Origin: Patescibacteria group bacterium
GTDB lineage: Bacteria; Patescibacteriota; Patescibacteriia; Patescibacteriales; JBAZCA01
Direction: 5' to 3'
Length of the DNA: 64,000 nt
Assembly: GCA_041671125.1 (NCBI GenBank)
Contig: JBAZCA010000003.1
Coordinates: forward strand, 64,689 to 128,688
This document shows, piece by piece, positions 16,573-26,408 of this stretch. Position 1 is the stretch's first letter; each line of letters opens with the position of its first letter. The notes beneath the pieces were generated by a model. It was given only the letters and a program-made list of their open reading frames with translations, was not told the DNA's origin and did not search any database. Position numbers and translations under genes: made by a program.

Positions 16573-18825
16573 ATGAACACGGAAAAAGTGTTTACAATGG
16601 AATGGCTTGGCCGCCCTCTTACAATAAAAACCGGCCGGTTAGCAAAACAGGCGCTAGCCGCGGTAACGGTCCAATACGGCGAAACCGTAGTTTTGGCTAC
16701 GGTCGTTGAAGCTAAGAACCAGCGAGCCGGAATAGACTACTTTCCTTTAATGGTGGATTTTGAGGAACGGCTTTACGCCGCCGGAGTGATTAAAGGTTCG
16801 CGCTGGGTAAAAAGGGAAGGCCGCCCGACCGATGACGCGATTTTAGCCGGCCGGATGATTGACCGCTCAATCCGGCCGTTATTTGACGAGGCTTCAAAAA
16901 AAGATGTCCAGGTGATTCTAACCACCCTGTCGGCTGACCGGGAAAATGACCATGATATCGTGGCTTTGAATGCCGCTTCGGCTGTTTTGTCCATCTCAGG
17001 TCTCGGCTGGAACGGCCCGATCGGCGGAGTCAGGGTTGGCCGCGTTGAAGGACAATTCGTTTTTAATCCGACTTATGAACAAAGGGAAAAAAGCGATCTG
17101 GATTTGATTGTCGCCGGAACAAAGGAAAGAATAATTATGATTGAAGCCGGGGCTTCGGAAGTTAAGGAAGACGAAATGTATGAAGCAATTTTGGCCGGAC
17201 AAAAGGAATTGCAAAACGCGATAAAACTTATTGAAGAATTAAAAGAAAAGGTCGGGAAAAAACTGACCTCGTCTGAGCTAAAGAAAAAAGTTTTGGACGA
17301 AGATGAAATGAAACAGGAAGTGGAAAAAGAAACCGCTTTTGATCTGGCGAGAAAATGGCTGGCAAAAAACACAGTGGCTATTTTATTTGATAAAGAACAT
17401 TATACCAAAGGCGAAAGAAAGCTGGCTGTTGTTGCTATTAAAGAAAAACTGGAAGAGTATTTAGCCGAAGAAAAAATAGGCAAGGATTTAAGAGCCAAAG
17501 CCGTTAAAGAGCTGGCTGAGCCGGCAATAGAAGCCGAGGTAACGCGCGGCATCATTGAAAGAAAACAGCGGGTGGACGGAAGAAAATTGGATGAAATAAG
17601 GGAGCTGGAAGCCTCAACCAGCATTCTGCCGAGAAACCACGGTTCCGGACTCTTTAGCCGCGGCGAAACCCAGGTCTTGTCCGTTATTACTTTAGGCGCC
17701 CCGGGACTGGAGCAGTCCCTTGAAGGTATTGAAGGGGTAGGCACAAAAAGATACATGCATCACTATACCTTCCCTCCTTATTCGGTTGGCGAGGTTAAGC
17801 CGATATTTTCCGCCGGAAGAAGGGAAATCGGCCACGGCGCTCTCGCGGAAAAAGCTTTATCCACAATGATCCCGTCTAAAGAGGAATTCCCTTATACTAT
17901 CCGCGTTGTTTCCGAAACTTTAAGCTCCAACGGCTCTTCGTCCATGGCTTCGGTTTGCGGCTCCACTCTAGCTTTGATGGACGCCGGCGTGCCGGTTAAA
18001 AAAGCCGTGGCCGGAATCGCCATGGGGCTCGCGTCTAACGACGATATGTCGGAGTGGGAAGTTTTAACCGACTTACAGGATCTTGAAGACGGCAAAGGCG
18101 GCATGGACTTTAAAATCGCCGGCACCCGCGATGGGATTACCGCTATCCAGCTAGACACAAAAACCATCGGCCTGGATGAAACCATAATTAAAAAAACTCT
18201 GGAGCAGGGACGGGCGGCGCGGATGGAAATCCTTGACGTCATGGAAAAAGAAATTTCCGCCCCGCGGCCGGATCTCTCGCAATACGCCCCGCGGATTACT
18301 ACGTTAAAAATTGATCCGGAAAAAATCCGCGAAGTCATCGGCACCGGCGGAAAAATTATTAACGCCATTATCGCCGCCACCGGCGTTTCCATTGATATTG
18401 ACGACGACGGGCTGGTCATGATCTGCGGCACTGACGCCGAAAAAGCGAAAGAAGCGTACGAATGGGTCAATAATATCGTCCGCGAAGTCCAGCCGGGAGA
18501 AGTCTTCACCGGCAAAGTAGTCCGCATGCTTGATTTCGGCGCTTTCGTTGAAATCCTTCCCAACCGGGACGGCATGGTTCATGTTTCCGAAATGGCGCCT
18601 TACCGGGTGGGAAAACCTTCTGACTTTTTAAAACTAGGCGATATGGTCAGCGTCAAAATAAAAGAAATTGACGATCAGGGCCGCGTTAACCTCACTATGA
18701 AAATTCCCGAAAACGAAGCGCTCTGGGTCGGAGAAAAAGGCAAACAGGAAGGCAACGGTTTTGGCGGCGGCGGTGAACACCGTCCGCGCCGGGCTTTTGG
18801 CGGAAGACCTAATAACCACAATTAA
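16573..18825 (+). CDS. pnp: Polyribonucleotide nucleotidyltransferase (PNPase)
   Basis: Two RNase PH domains, a KH domain (IGTGGKIIN), an S1 domain (GKVVRMLDFGAFVE) and a Gly/Arg-rich tail. Confidence 0.95.
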   Translation: MNTEKVFTMEWLGRPLTIKTGRLAKQALAAVTVQYGETVVLATVVEAKNQRAGIDYFPLMVDFEERLYAAGVIKGSRWVKREGRPTDDAILAGRMIDRSIRPLFDEASKKDVQVILTTLSADRENDHDIVALNAASAVLSISGLGWNGPIGGVRVGRVEGQFVFNPTYEQREKSDLDLIVAGTKERIIMIEAGASEVKEDEMYEAILAGQKELQNAIKLIEELKEKVGKKLTSSELKKKVLDEDEMKQEVEKETAFDLARKWLAKNTVAILFDKEHYTKGERKLAVVAIKEKLEEYLAEEKIGKDLRAKAVKELAEPAIEAEVTRGIIERKQRVDGRKLDEIRELEASTSILPRNHGSGLFSRGETQVLSVITLGAPGLEQSLEGIEGVGTKRYMHHYTFPPYSVGEVKPIFSAGRREIGHGALAEKALSTMIPSKEEFPYTIRVVSETLSSNGSSSMASVCGSTLALMDAGVPVKKAVAGIAMGLASNDDMSEWEVLTDLQDLEDGKGGMDFKIAGTRDGITAIQLDTKTIGLDETIIKKTLEQGRAARMEILDVMEKEISAPRPDLSQYAPRITTLKIDPEKIREVIGTGGKIINAIIAATGVSIDIDDDGLVMICGTDAEKAKEAYEWVNNIVREVQPGEVFTGKVVRMLDFGAFVEILPNRDGMVHVSEMAPYRVGKPSDFLKLGDMVSVKIKEIDDQGRVNLTMKIPENEALWVGEKGKQEGNGFGGGGEHRPRRAFGGRPNNHN

Positions 18826-19053
18826 AACTTATCCTTCCGGTCTTTTCTCCCCACGCATAACCGGAAAAATTGTCGCTTGAATCAATTCTCACTCTTTCTG
18901 AGCCAGTCGGTAAAATCGATCCAGCCAGTTCTTTCTCCCTAGACGTAACCGTTAGCAGTGTCTGTTGTAGCGGCATGCGATAACTCAGCATAAAAAAATA
19001 AATAATACTCGCTAAAAATAGCGTTTAAAAATTATTGTTTTCAAAAACATAAT

Positions 19054-19632
19054 TTATTTACAGCAGATAGCCCTTGCTTGAATTATAAAACTGGTTGATT
19101 TAGTTTCACAATACCAACGAGTTAATGAATCTGGACCGTTTCGATAAATATTATAGGCGACGTCAGTTGATCCGCCGTAAAAATAACAACCTCCATTTAT
19201 CAGATGCCTTCCGCTTGTGCATGCTGCATAGCTGAAACTGCCTGTGGCGAATCCGTTAACTTGTTCGCAATCATTACCCGCGCCCCCACCGCTGATGGCG
19301 CTCACTTTAGTTTCAATATCTTTAAGCCTTTGTAGCACCGAACCATTGGCATTGGCCGTTGCATAACTTGAGTCATAACCATTTTCAGCGATCGTTCTTC
19401 TCACATCTTCAGCCCTTTCAAGAAGCGAGCCGTTGTGATTTCCCGCGACTATTGTTGAATCGTAAGCGTTATCCGCATTATTAGCTCCCAAAACATTTCC
19501 TCCCCAATCCTGGGTTGAGGCGTCAGGAGTTCCGGATGGCATGATGAAAGACGCATATGCGGCATAAGTAGAGATTACCGCTAAAGTCATAATTGAAGCA
19601 TATAATGCTATTTTTGATAATTTTCTCAACAT
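19054..19632 (-). CDS. Secreted hypothetical protein with Cys-rich C-terminal domain
   Basis: Signal peptide (cleavage near AYA|SF). Internal duplicated motif NGSLLERAEDVRRTI / NGSVLQRLKDIETKV. 8 Cys in the last ~75 aa. No family recognised. Confidence 0.6.
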   Translation of the reverse strand: MLRKLSKIALYASIMTLAVISTYAAYASFIMPSGTPDASTQDWGGNVLGANNADNAYDSTIVAGNHNGSLLERAEDVRRTIAENGYDSSYATANANGSVLQRLKDIETKVSAISGGGAGNDCEQVNGFATGSFSYAACTSGRHLINGGCYFYGGSTDVAYNIYRNGPDSLTRWYCETKSTSFIIQARAICCK

Positions 19633-20546
19633 ATAGTTCTAAATACGATTTAACTAATTTAAATTCTAGTCGCTAGCTATGTTCTTTGTTTTAACAATTG
19701 TTCTTCTGACTTTTTGTGTGGGTAAATTTGAACGCAATAAAAAAAGGGTTGTATAAGTCCATTCTTGTCAGAAACAGCTTTGAACGAGTAAAATTATGTA
19801 ATAGGCTGATAAAAACATCTTTTATCGCAAAATGATTTTATGGCCAATCATCAACCTCATCCCGGCCCCCTCCTGTCCAGGAGGGGAAAATTACCCATAA
19901 GATTTATCAAAGATCCAAACGGATAATTAATCATAATAGTAACTGCATCCGCAAACCTGCGCCACACCGGCACATGAAGAGCAAGCTGCGGTTCCTGAAA
20001 TATTATGGTACAAGGATAGCCGACCGGGCAATATATGTTTACGCGTAATTGGTACAGTTAGGCGCGCTTGACCGCCAAGCCTCGCATTCAGATAGAGTTG
20101 CGGAATAAATGCCAGGCTCCATTCCAGACCTGGCCATAGGTTCCGCCGCAAGTAGCATTGTTGGTCGCGTAATATCTGTCATATTGAATATAGGAATAAA
20201 TAACACTTACCTTCTAAACATGCTACTGGGGCGTACTTGTATATATGACTAGAGATGTACATTAATTATATCATTTATCATAACATAATTCCATACTTAA
20301 CTAAAATATGTTATAATGGGAAACAAATACAAACAGGATTTCGACCTCATTTTCCTCGTCCAAATACTAAGTCTTTATTAAATTTTTAACGCAACGCTAT
20401 TGCGTTGGGACCAATAAGAATTGTAAAGAATTGTAGCCGACCATAATATTCGCTTTGAATATAAGTTCAAAGCAAAAAAATCCTGGCGTATTATTGACAA
20501 AAATTCCGATTTAATCGCAAAATTTCCGCAATTACATAAAACCGTT

Positions 20547-21470
20547 GTGTTTATGAATTCCGAATTCCGCAAACAATATTTTCTTAATAAATTCGTCATT
20601 ATTACTCCGGGCCGGGCTCGGCGGCCGCATGAAATCATGGAGCAAAGCCAGGCGGTTTCAGATTTTAAGTGTGAATTTTGCCCCGAAACTTTAGATAAAA
20701 AACAGCTCATAAAAGCTTACGGCCAGGGAAGGATCTGGAAAATGGCGGCTTTAAGGAATAAATATCCGGCCGTGACTTTGGAAAATAAAAAAGCTTACGG
20801 CGTCCAGGAGGTAATTATTGACACTCCGGACCATGAAATAAAATTTTCCGCCTTAAACGTCCAGGATATCAGTTATTACTTTGACATAATGGCTGACCGC
20901 CTGAAAGAGATTACCCGGGACAAAAAAATTGAATACGTCCTGCAGTTTAAAAACCACGGTTCCAAAGCCGGCGCTACAATCCGGCACGAGCATTCCCAAA
21001 TTTTCGCCACCGACATCCTGCCGCCGGATATTCTGGACGAACTAAATTCAGCCCAAAGCTATAAAGTTGAACGTGGCGCCTGCCCTTACTGCGATATATT
21101 AAAAAAAGAATTAAAAAGCCCGCGAAAAATTTACGAAGATAAATACATCGGCGCTTTTACCCCTTACGCTTCGGAATATCATTACGAGGCCTGGATTTTT
21201 CCTAAAAGACATCTGGACAACGTTTCCATGCTCACCCGGGAAGAAAAAAAATCCCTGGCTGAATGCCTGAAAAAAATCTTAATTAAAGCTGATTCTCTCG
21301 GTTTGGCCTATAATTTTTTCATGCACCAGGTTGTTAAAGACTCGGGCCAGCATTTCTATATTAAAATCCAGCCCCGCGACAAAAACGTCTGGGCTGGCAT
21401 AGAGCTCGGATCTGGACTCGTCATTAACTCAGTCGCCCCGGAAAAAGCCGCTAAATTTTACCGTAGCTGA
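20547..21470 (+). CDS. GalT-like HIT-superfamily nucleotidyltransferase (galactose-1-phosphate uridylyltransferase family)
   Basis: Zn site CEFCPE, NKYPA, and catalytic HEHSQIF (HxHxQ). Confidence 0.75.
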   Translation: MFMNSEFRKQYFLNKFVIITPGRARRPHEIMEQSQAVSDFKCEFCPETLDKKQLIKAYGQGRIWKMAALRNKYPAVTLENKKAYGVQEVIIDTPDHEIKFSALNVQDISYYFDIMADRLKEITRDKKIEYVLQFKNHGSKAGATIRHEHSQIFATDILPPDILDELNSAQSYKVERGACPYCDILKKELKSPRKIYEDKYIGAFTPYASEYHYEAWIFPKRHLDNVSMLTREEKKSLAECLKKILIKADSLGLAYNFFMHQVVKDSGQHFYIKIQPRDKNVWAGIELGSGLVINSVAPEKAAKFYRS

Positions 21471-21674
21471 ATAGTAATTTTAAGCCTCTCTTCTACTTAT
21501 CAGTTCCTTCTTTAGCATAGCCGGAACTTTACTCAAAATTTGACTAAATTGAAAATTCCTTAAATAAATGATATAATATACAGGTGTAAACACTCTGCTT
21601 CCAGTGCGCATAATCCTTTCTATAATATTTACTTCATCTTTCTTCATAAGGCGTTATGAGTTATGAGATAATTT

Positions 21675-24281
21675 ATGACATTCCGCAATTTAGCCAATAA
21701 AACCCGAACCAGCCAAAATTGGCGGGACGGGAAAAAATATTACGTAAACAGCTGTCCGGGGGATACCCGGCGGAAAAAAAACGTTTCCGTCTGGGCGCTT
21801 CTCCTTTCCCGGCGGATGCTCAGGGCTTATTCCTACCTGATTATCGGCGGCGGAATTTTAATGTTCATCACCTTGGCTTTATTGTCCCGCGATCTGCCTG
21901 ACCCGAACCGGCTCATAAACAGAGAGATAGCCCAAAGCACGAAAATTTACGACCGGACCGGCGAAACCGTGCTTTACGAAGTTTTCGGGGATGAAAAAAG
22001 GACCTCAATAAAATTAAATGAAATTCCTGACTACGTAAAAAACGCCACTATCGCTATTGAGGATAAGGATTTTTACAAACACGGCGGCATAAGCCTTTGG
22101 GGCATTTTCCGCGGCGTAGTTTTAAGGGTGCTCTCCGGTAAATCGCCGCAGGGAGGTTCAACGCTTACCCAGCAATTCATTAAAAACGCCATCCTGTCGC
22201 CGGAACGCTCGCCCGTCCGCAAATTAAAAGAATGGATTTTGGCTTATCGGATTGAAAAAATATTTACCAAGGACGAAATCCTGCAGATGTACTTTAATGA
22301 AATCCCTTACGGATCAACGGCTTACGGCGTGGAATCGGCCAGCCAAAAATACTTTGGCAAAAGCGCTAAAGACGTAAGCCTGGCCGAAGCGGCCATTCTC
22401 GCCGCCCTGCCCCAGGCGCCGAGCAAATACTCGCCCTATGGTCCAAACTCTGAACTTTTATTCGGCCGCCAGCATTACATTTTAGATAAAATGGTAGAGC
22501 AAGGTTACGCCACCGAAGACGAAGCCGAGGCCGCCAAAAACGAAAAATTGGTTTTTCGCGAACAGGACAATAATATTCTTGCCCCGCATTTTGTCATGTA
22601 CGTAAAATCAATCCTCTCGGAAAAATACGGGGAAAAAATGCTGGAACAGGGCGGACTAAAAATCTATACCACCCTGGATCTCTATAAGCAAAAAGCGGCC
22701 GAAGACGCCATAACCGAAAGAATGCCATCTAACCAGTCAAGATACGACGCCTGGAACGCTTCCCTGGTTTCCATTGACCCAAAAACCGGCCAGGTTCTCG
22801 CCATGGCCGGCTCAAAAGATTATTTCGGCAAATCCGAACCCGAAGGTTGCGTCTCCGGAAAAAACTGCCACTTTGAGCCAAAAGACAACGTCAGCCTGCG
22901 GCCCCGCCAGCCTGGATCATCCTTAAAGCCGCTGGTTTACGCCACTTCATTTTTAAAAGGCTACACCCCCGAAACGGTTCTTTACGACGTTAACACTAAC
23001 TTTTCAAACGACCCCGCCAATCCTTACGAACCGCGAAACTATAACTTAAAAGAACATGGCCCGGTAACCATGCGCCAGGCGCTGGCCGGCTCCTTAAATA
23101 TCCCGGCCGTAAAGGCAATTTATCTCGCCGGCATAGATAATGTCCTTGACGTGGCGAATGACATGGGCTATTCCACCCTAAAAGATAAAGATCGTTTCGG
23201 CCTGTCACTAGTTTTGGGCGGTGGCGAAGTAAAACTTCTAGAACACGCGAACGCTTACGGAGTTTTTGCCCGGGACGGCGTTTATCACCCGATTTCGGTA
23301 ATCCTAAAAGTTGAAGACAAAGACGGCAAAACGCTTGAAGAGTTTAAAAACGAAGAAAAGACAATCTTGAGTTCGCAGACCGCCCGCCAGATCAACAGCA
23401 TTCTTTCCGATAATAGCGCCCGCTCTTTTATTTTCGGCTCGGATAATTTTCTTACTCTCGGCAGCCGGCCGGTCGGCGCGAAAACCGGAACCACCAACGA
23501 TTATCATGACGCCTGGACTTTGGGTTTTACGCCCTCGCTCGTCGCCGGAGTTTGGGTCGGCAATAACGATAACTCGGCCATGCGCCGCGGAGCGGACGGC
23601 TCGGTTGTCGCCGCGCCGATCTGGAACGCTTACATGAAAAAAGTTTTGGGCGACACGCCGGTGGAATATTTCAAAGAGCCGGATAAAACTCCGGCCGGGA
23701 AACCGGTTTTGGACGGAAATACCGGCGGAGAAACAACCGTAAAAGTTGATAAAATTTCCGGCCTGCTCGCGACCGAATTCACTCCGCCGGAACTCGTTGA
23801 AGAACGAACCTACAAATCCGCCCATTCCATCCTTTATTACGTTAACAAAGACGACCCCCGGGGAAAATACCCGGAACACCCTCAGGATGATCCGCAGTTT
23901 AACTTATGGGAGAGCGCGGTTTTAAACTGGGCGGACCGTTCTAATTTCGCGAGCTCAACGCCGCCGACCGAGAACGATAATGTCCATCGCCCGGAAAACC
24001 TTCCCCAAATTAACGTCACAGACTTTAACGACGGCCAAACTGTTACAAACCCGGATTTAACTATTTCCGTAAATCCCCAGGCGCCCCGCGGCATTGCCAA
24101 GGTGGAATATTATTTTGACGGCGTCCTCGCGAGCGCGGTAAACCAATATCCTTTTAGCCATAATGGCAATATTAGCTTTTTAACCAACGGCTACCATAAA
24201 TTAACCATCCGCGCCTGTGATGACGCGGAAAATTGCTCCAGCGTGGATTTTAACCTGATCGCGAGCTTCAGCTCGCGCTAA
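21675..24281 (+). CDS. Class A penicillin-binding protein (glycosyltransferase GT51 + transpeptidase)
   Basis: GT51 motifs EDKDFYKHGG, GGSTLTQQ and RKLKE. Transpeptidase motifs SSLKP, SLN and KTGTT. The exact start is uncertain. Confidence 0.9.
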   Translation: MTFRNLANKTRTSQNWRDGKKYYVNSCPGDTRRKKNVSVWALLLSRRMLRAYSYLIIGGGILMFITLALLSRDLPDPNRLINREIAQSTKIYDRTGETVLYEVFGDEKRTSIKLNEIPDYVKNATIAIEDKDFYKHGGISLWGIFRGVVLRVLSGKSPQGGSTLTQQFIKNAILSPERSPVRKLKEWILAYRIEKIFTKDEILQMYFNEIPYGSTAYGVESASQKYFGKSAKDVSLAEAAILAALPQAPSKYSPYGPNSELLFGRQHYILDKMVEQGYATEDEAEAAKNEKLVFREQDNNILAPHFVMYVKSILSEKYGEKMLEQGGLKIYTTLDLYKQKAAEDAITERMPSNQSRYDAWNASLVSIDPKTGQVLAMAGSKDYFGKSEPEGCVSGKNCHFEPKDNVSLRPRQPGSSLKPLVYATSFLKGYTPETVLYDVNTNFSNDPANPYEPRNYNLKEHGPVTMRQALAGSLNIPAVKAIYLAGIDNVLDVANDMGYSTLKDKDRFGLSLVLGGGEVKLLEHANAYGVFARDGVYHPISVILKVEDKDGKTLEEFKNEEKTILSSQTARQINSILSDNSARSFIFGSDNFLTLGSRPVGAKTGTTNDYHDAWTLGFTPSLVAGVWVGNNDNSAMRRGADGSVVAAPIWNAYMKKVLGDTPVEYFKEPDKTPAGKPVLDGNTGGETTVKVDKISGLLATEFTPPELVEERTYKSAHSILYYVNKDDPRGKYPEHPQDDPQFNLWESAVLNWADRSNFASSTPPTENDNVHRPENLPQINVTDFNDGQTVTNPDLTISVNPQAPRGIAKVEYYFDGVLASAVNQYPFSHNGNISFLTNGYHKLTIRACDDAENCSSVDFNLIASFSSR

Positions 24282-24424
24282 CTTCCAGCCGGCAAACCGC
24301 CGCTTCTCTTTAACTAAAGCTCTGCTTCATTAAAAATTAATCGCGGCTTAATACAATATCCATGCGTCTTACTTAGCAACGACCGAAGACAGGGTTAAGA
24401 ATAAGGAGTCTTGAATAAAAACGC

Positions 24425-24931
24425 ATGGAAAAAAATTACAAAAATTTTTCAAGGGCTTTTAACAATTACGCGCCCGTAATATTGAAACATATATTTTTCC
24501 GGGTCTCAAGCTGGGAAGTCGCCCAGGATCTGACCCAGGAAGCTTTTTTTAAGACCTGGCAATATCTTACCGCGAAAAAAACAATCCGCGACTATAAAAA
24601 GTTTATTTATATGGTGGCCAATAATCTCGTAATTGACCATTACCGAAAAAAGGATAAACTGCCGGTTTCCATTGAAAAAATCAGCCCGGGAAAAATGCTC
24701 CTGGATGCGGCGCAGGAAAAAGAAATTGACCAGTCAATTGAACTGGAAAATTTTAAGGAAGAGTTGGCAAAATTAAAGCCCGGTTACCGGGAAATCATAA
24801 CTTACCGCTACTTTAAAGAAATGAGTATTGAGGAAATTAGCCGACTTACCGGACGCTCAAAAAATAATATAAGCGTCATGATCCACCGGGGAATGAAAAC
24901 CATTAAAAATAATATAAACAACAAAAAATAG
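24425..24931 (+). CDS. ECF-type RNA polymerase sigma factor
   Basis: 168 aa. Region 2 (DLTQEAFFKTW...NLVIDHYRKK) and region 4 HTH (MSIEEISRLTGRSKNNISVMIHRGMKTI). Confidence 0.85.
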   Translation: MEKNYKNFSRAFNNYAPVILKHIFFRVSSWEVAQDLTQEAFFKTWQYLTAKKTIRDYKKFIYMVANNLVIDHYRKKDKLPVSIEKISPGKMLLDAAQEKEIDQSIELENFKEELAKLKPGYREIITYRYFKEMSIEEISRLTGRSKNNISVMIHRGMKTIKNNINNKK

Positions 24932-24977
24932 AGCTTCATCGCTTGGATGCAGATGCAGTTCCATAAAAAACAAAAAA

Positions 24978-25004
24978 CGTCCCGCGCTTAGCGGGGCGAT
25001 TTTT
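24978..25004. terminator. Bidirectional rho-independent terminator
   Basis: Stem cgtcccgc/gcggggcg flanked by an A-run and a T-run. Confidence 0.7.
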
Positions 25005-25015
25005 AATATCAGAAT

Positions 25016-25189
25016 TTAATATTTCGGGCGGAGGACGCGAAAATTAGTCCCTAACAGCCGGGCGTTCCTTAAAAGCTTATCCAGCGCGTTCTCCCGCCGG
25101 CCGGATTGGATGTTTTCATGGAATAAAAAACGGGAAAAAACGTTTCTATTCACCCGGCGTTCATTAATTTTAATTTCTCGGTAGCTCAT
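25016..25189 (-). CDS. Hypothetical small basic protein (57 aa), not in the supplied ORF track
   Basis: GGAGGTG lies 6 nt upstream of the ATG. Translation is MSYREIKINERRVNRNVFSRFLFHENIQSGRRENALDKLLRNARLLGTNFRVLRPKY. No family recognised. Confidence 0.45.
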   Translation of the reverse strand: MSYREIKINERRVNRNVFSRFLFHENIQSGRRENALDKLLRNARLLGTNFRVLRPKY

Positions 25190-25440
25190 ATTTTCACCTC
25201 CATTCTTTTCACTTGAAATATTATTTACGGCAGAGCGTCTAACTCTTATGTAACGGGTAAACCCCGTTAAATAGTCACCACCAATTAACAGAATTAAAGC
25301 ATTATTATTTAACCGGGGTAAATATTATTTAATTTAATTACGGGGCGGATTATTAATAAACCTAAATCAATCATAAAGGATGGGGATTAAAATCAGATTA
25401 ATTTATTTTAAACGCTCCGCAACATATAAACACTAAACAT

Positions 25441-25647
25441 ATGAAGACAAAAAAAAGCGCTAAAAGGACGGCCATGCGGGGTTTTGCTTCCATGGATCCG
25501 GCCAAGCAAAAAAAGATAGCCTCCAAAGGCGGTAAGGCCGCCCATGCCAAAGGCACAGCCCATGAATTTACCTCGGAAGAGGCTCGCAAGGCTGGGAGAA
25601 AAGGCGGCAAAGCCCGGGCTAAGTCCATGAAGAAAAAAGGTTGGTAA
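25441..25647 (+). CDS. KGG-repeat general stress protein (YciG/Con-10-like)
   Basis: GFASMDPAKQKKIASKGGKAAH...EFTSEEARKAGRKGG. Confidence 0.85.
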   Translation: MKTKKSAKRTAMRGFASMDPAKQKKIASKGGKAAHAKGTAHEFTSEEARKAGRKGGKARAKSMKKKGW

Positions 25648-25744
25648 ACCAGTTAACAGATAACCGCGGCTTCAGGAACAATGCCGCGAAAAAAATAAAA
25701 AAATATATGCTATACCTATAAATACCAAAAAATGATTGGCAACA

Positions 25745-25782
25745 AAAAAACCGCTCCCGGATAATTTTGGGAGCGGTTTTTT
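25745..25782. terminator. Bidirectional terminator between convergent genes
   Basis: Stem accgctccc/gggagcggt flanked by A7 and T6. Confidence 0.8.
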
Positions 25783-25808
25783 ATCTGATAATTTTAACAG
25801 CTAAAGAC

Positions 25809-26408
25809 TCACAAATTTTTTAATATCGCCTCACCTGCCGTTTCGGCGTCGGAGCCAAAAGTTACTATTCCCTCGCGATGGCCGGCCATGATAAAAATTT
25901 TCTTGTCTTTTACGTCAGTTTGTTTAAATAATCGCTCAATCTCCCGCGCCATCTCTGGCGTGCCGTATGCCGCTTTAGCCGAAGTGGTCGGCGCTTTATC
26001 TTTTAGCTTTTTCCATAGCTTGAGGTCGTGGATATGCATGACCGCGTTCACGCTCTTATCCAGCCGGTAAATTATCGCATGAGATAAAGATTCGGAAGAG
26101 GCCTTAACCGGCCCCCGGCAAGTCAGACTGTTTAATTTTATGTTCCAACTGGTGACGCGGGTGTAATGCTTGGCGGTTAATTTTTTCAGCTTGCCGGTGG
26201 CGCTGCCGGTAATAATAAAACTGCCGGTTTTTTCTAATCTCGCGCTTACATTGCCATAACCGATGCCATTATCATAACAGCCGATCAAACCCAATCCGAA
26301 TAATTTCTTTCTCCATCGGTTAAGCGCCTTTATCTTCGCGTCCGGAACCGGCTTAGCTTTAATCCATTTCAGTTTAAATTTTATATAACCGTCTTTGGCG
26401 CTTTTCAT
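25809..26408 (-). CDS. Class II aldolase/adducin-domain protein (MtnB/Ald2-like)
   Basis: YGNVSAR, ITGSATG, SSESLSH and VMHIHD motifs. 4-bp overlap with mtnA. Confidence 0.8.
   Translation of the reverse strand: MKSAKDGYIKFKLKWIKAKPVPDAKIKALNRWRKKLFGLGLIGCYDNGIGYGNVSARLEKTGSFIITGSATGKLKKLTAKHYTRVTSWNIKLNSLTCRGPVKASSESLSHAIIYRLDKSVNAVMHIHDLKLWKKLKDKAPTTSAKAAYGTPEMAREIERLFKQTDVKDKKIFIMAGHREGIVTFGSDAETAGEAILKNL

Noticed and set aside
19927-20151. 74-aa minus-strand ORF ending in CSSCAGVAQVCGCSYYYD (tempting as a Cys-rich peptide)
   Set aside because: It starts at TTG with no RBS and has no internal Met, and all three frames are open for short stretches. It is more likely a decayed gene remnant. 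It is reported only as part of the 19-20.5 kb finding.
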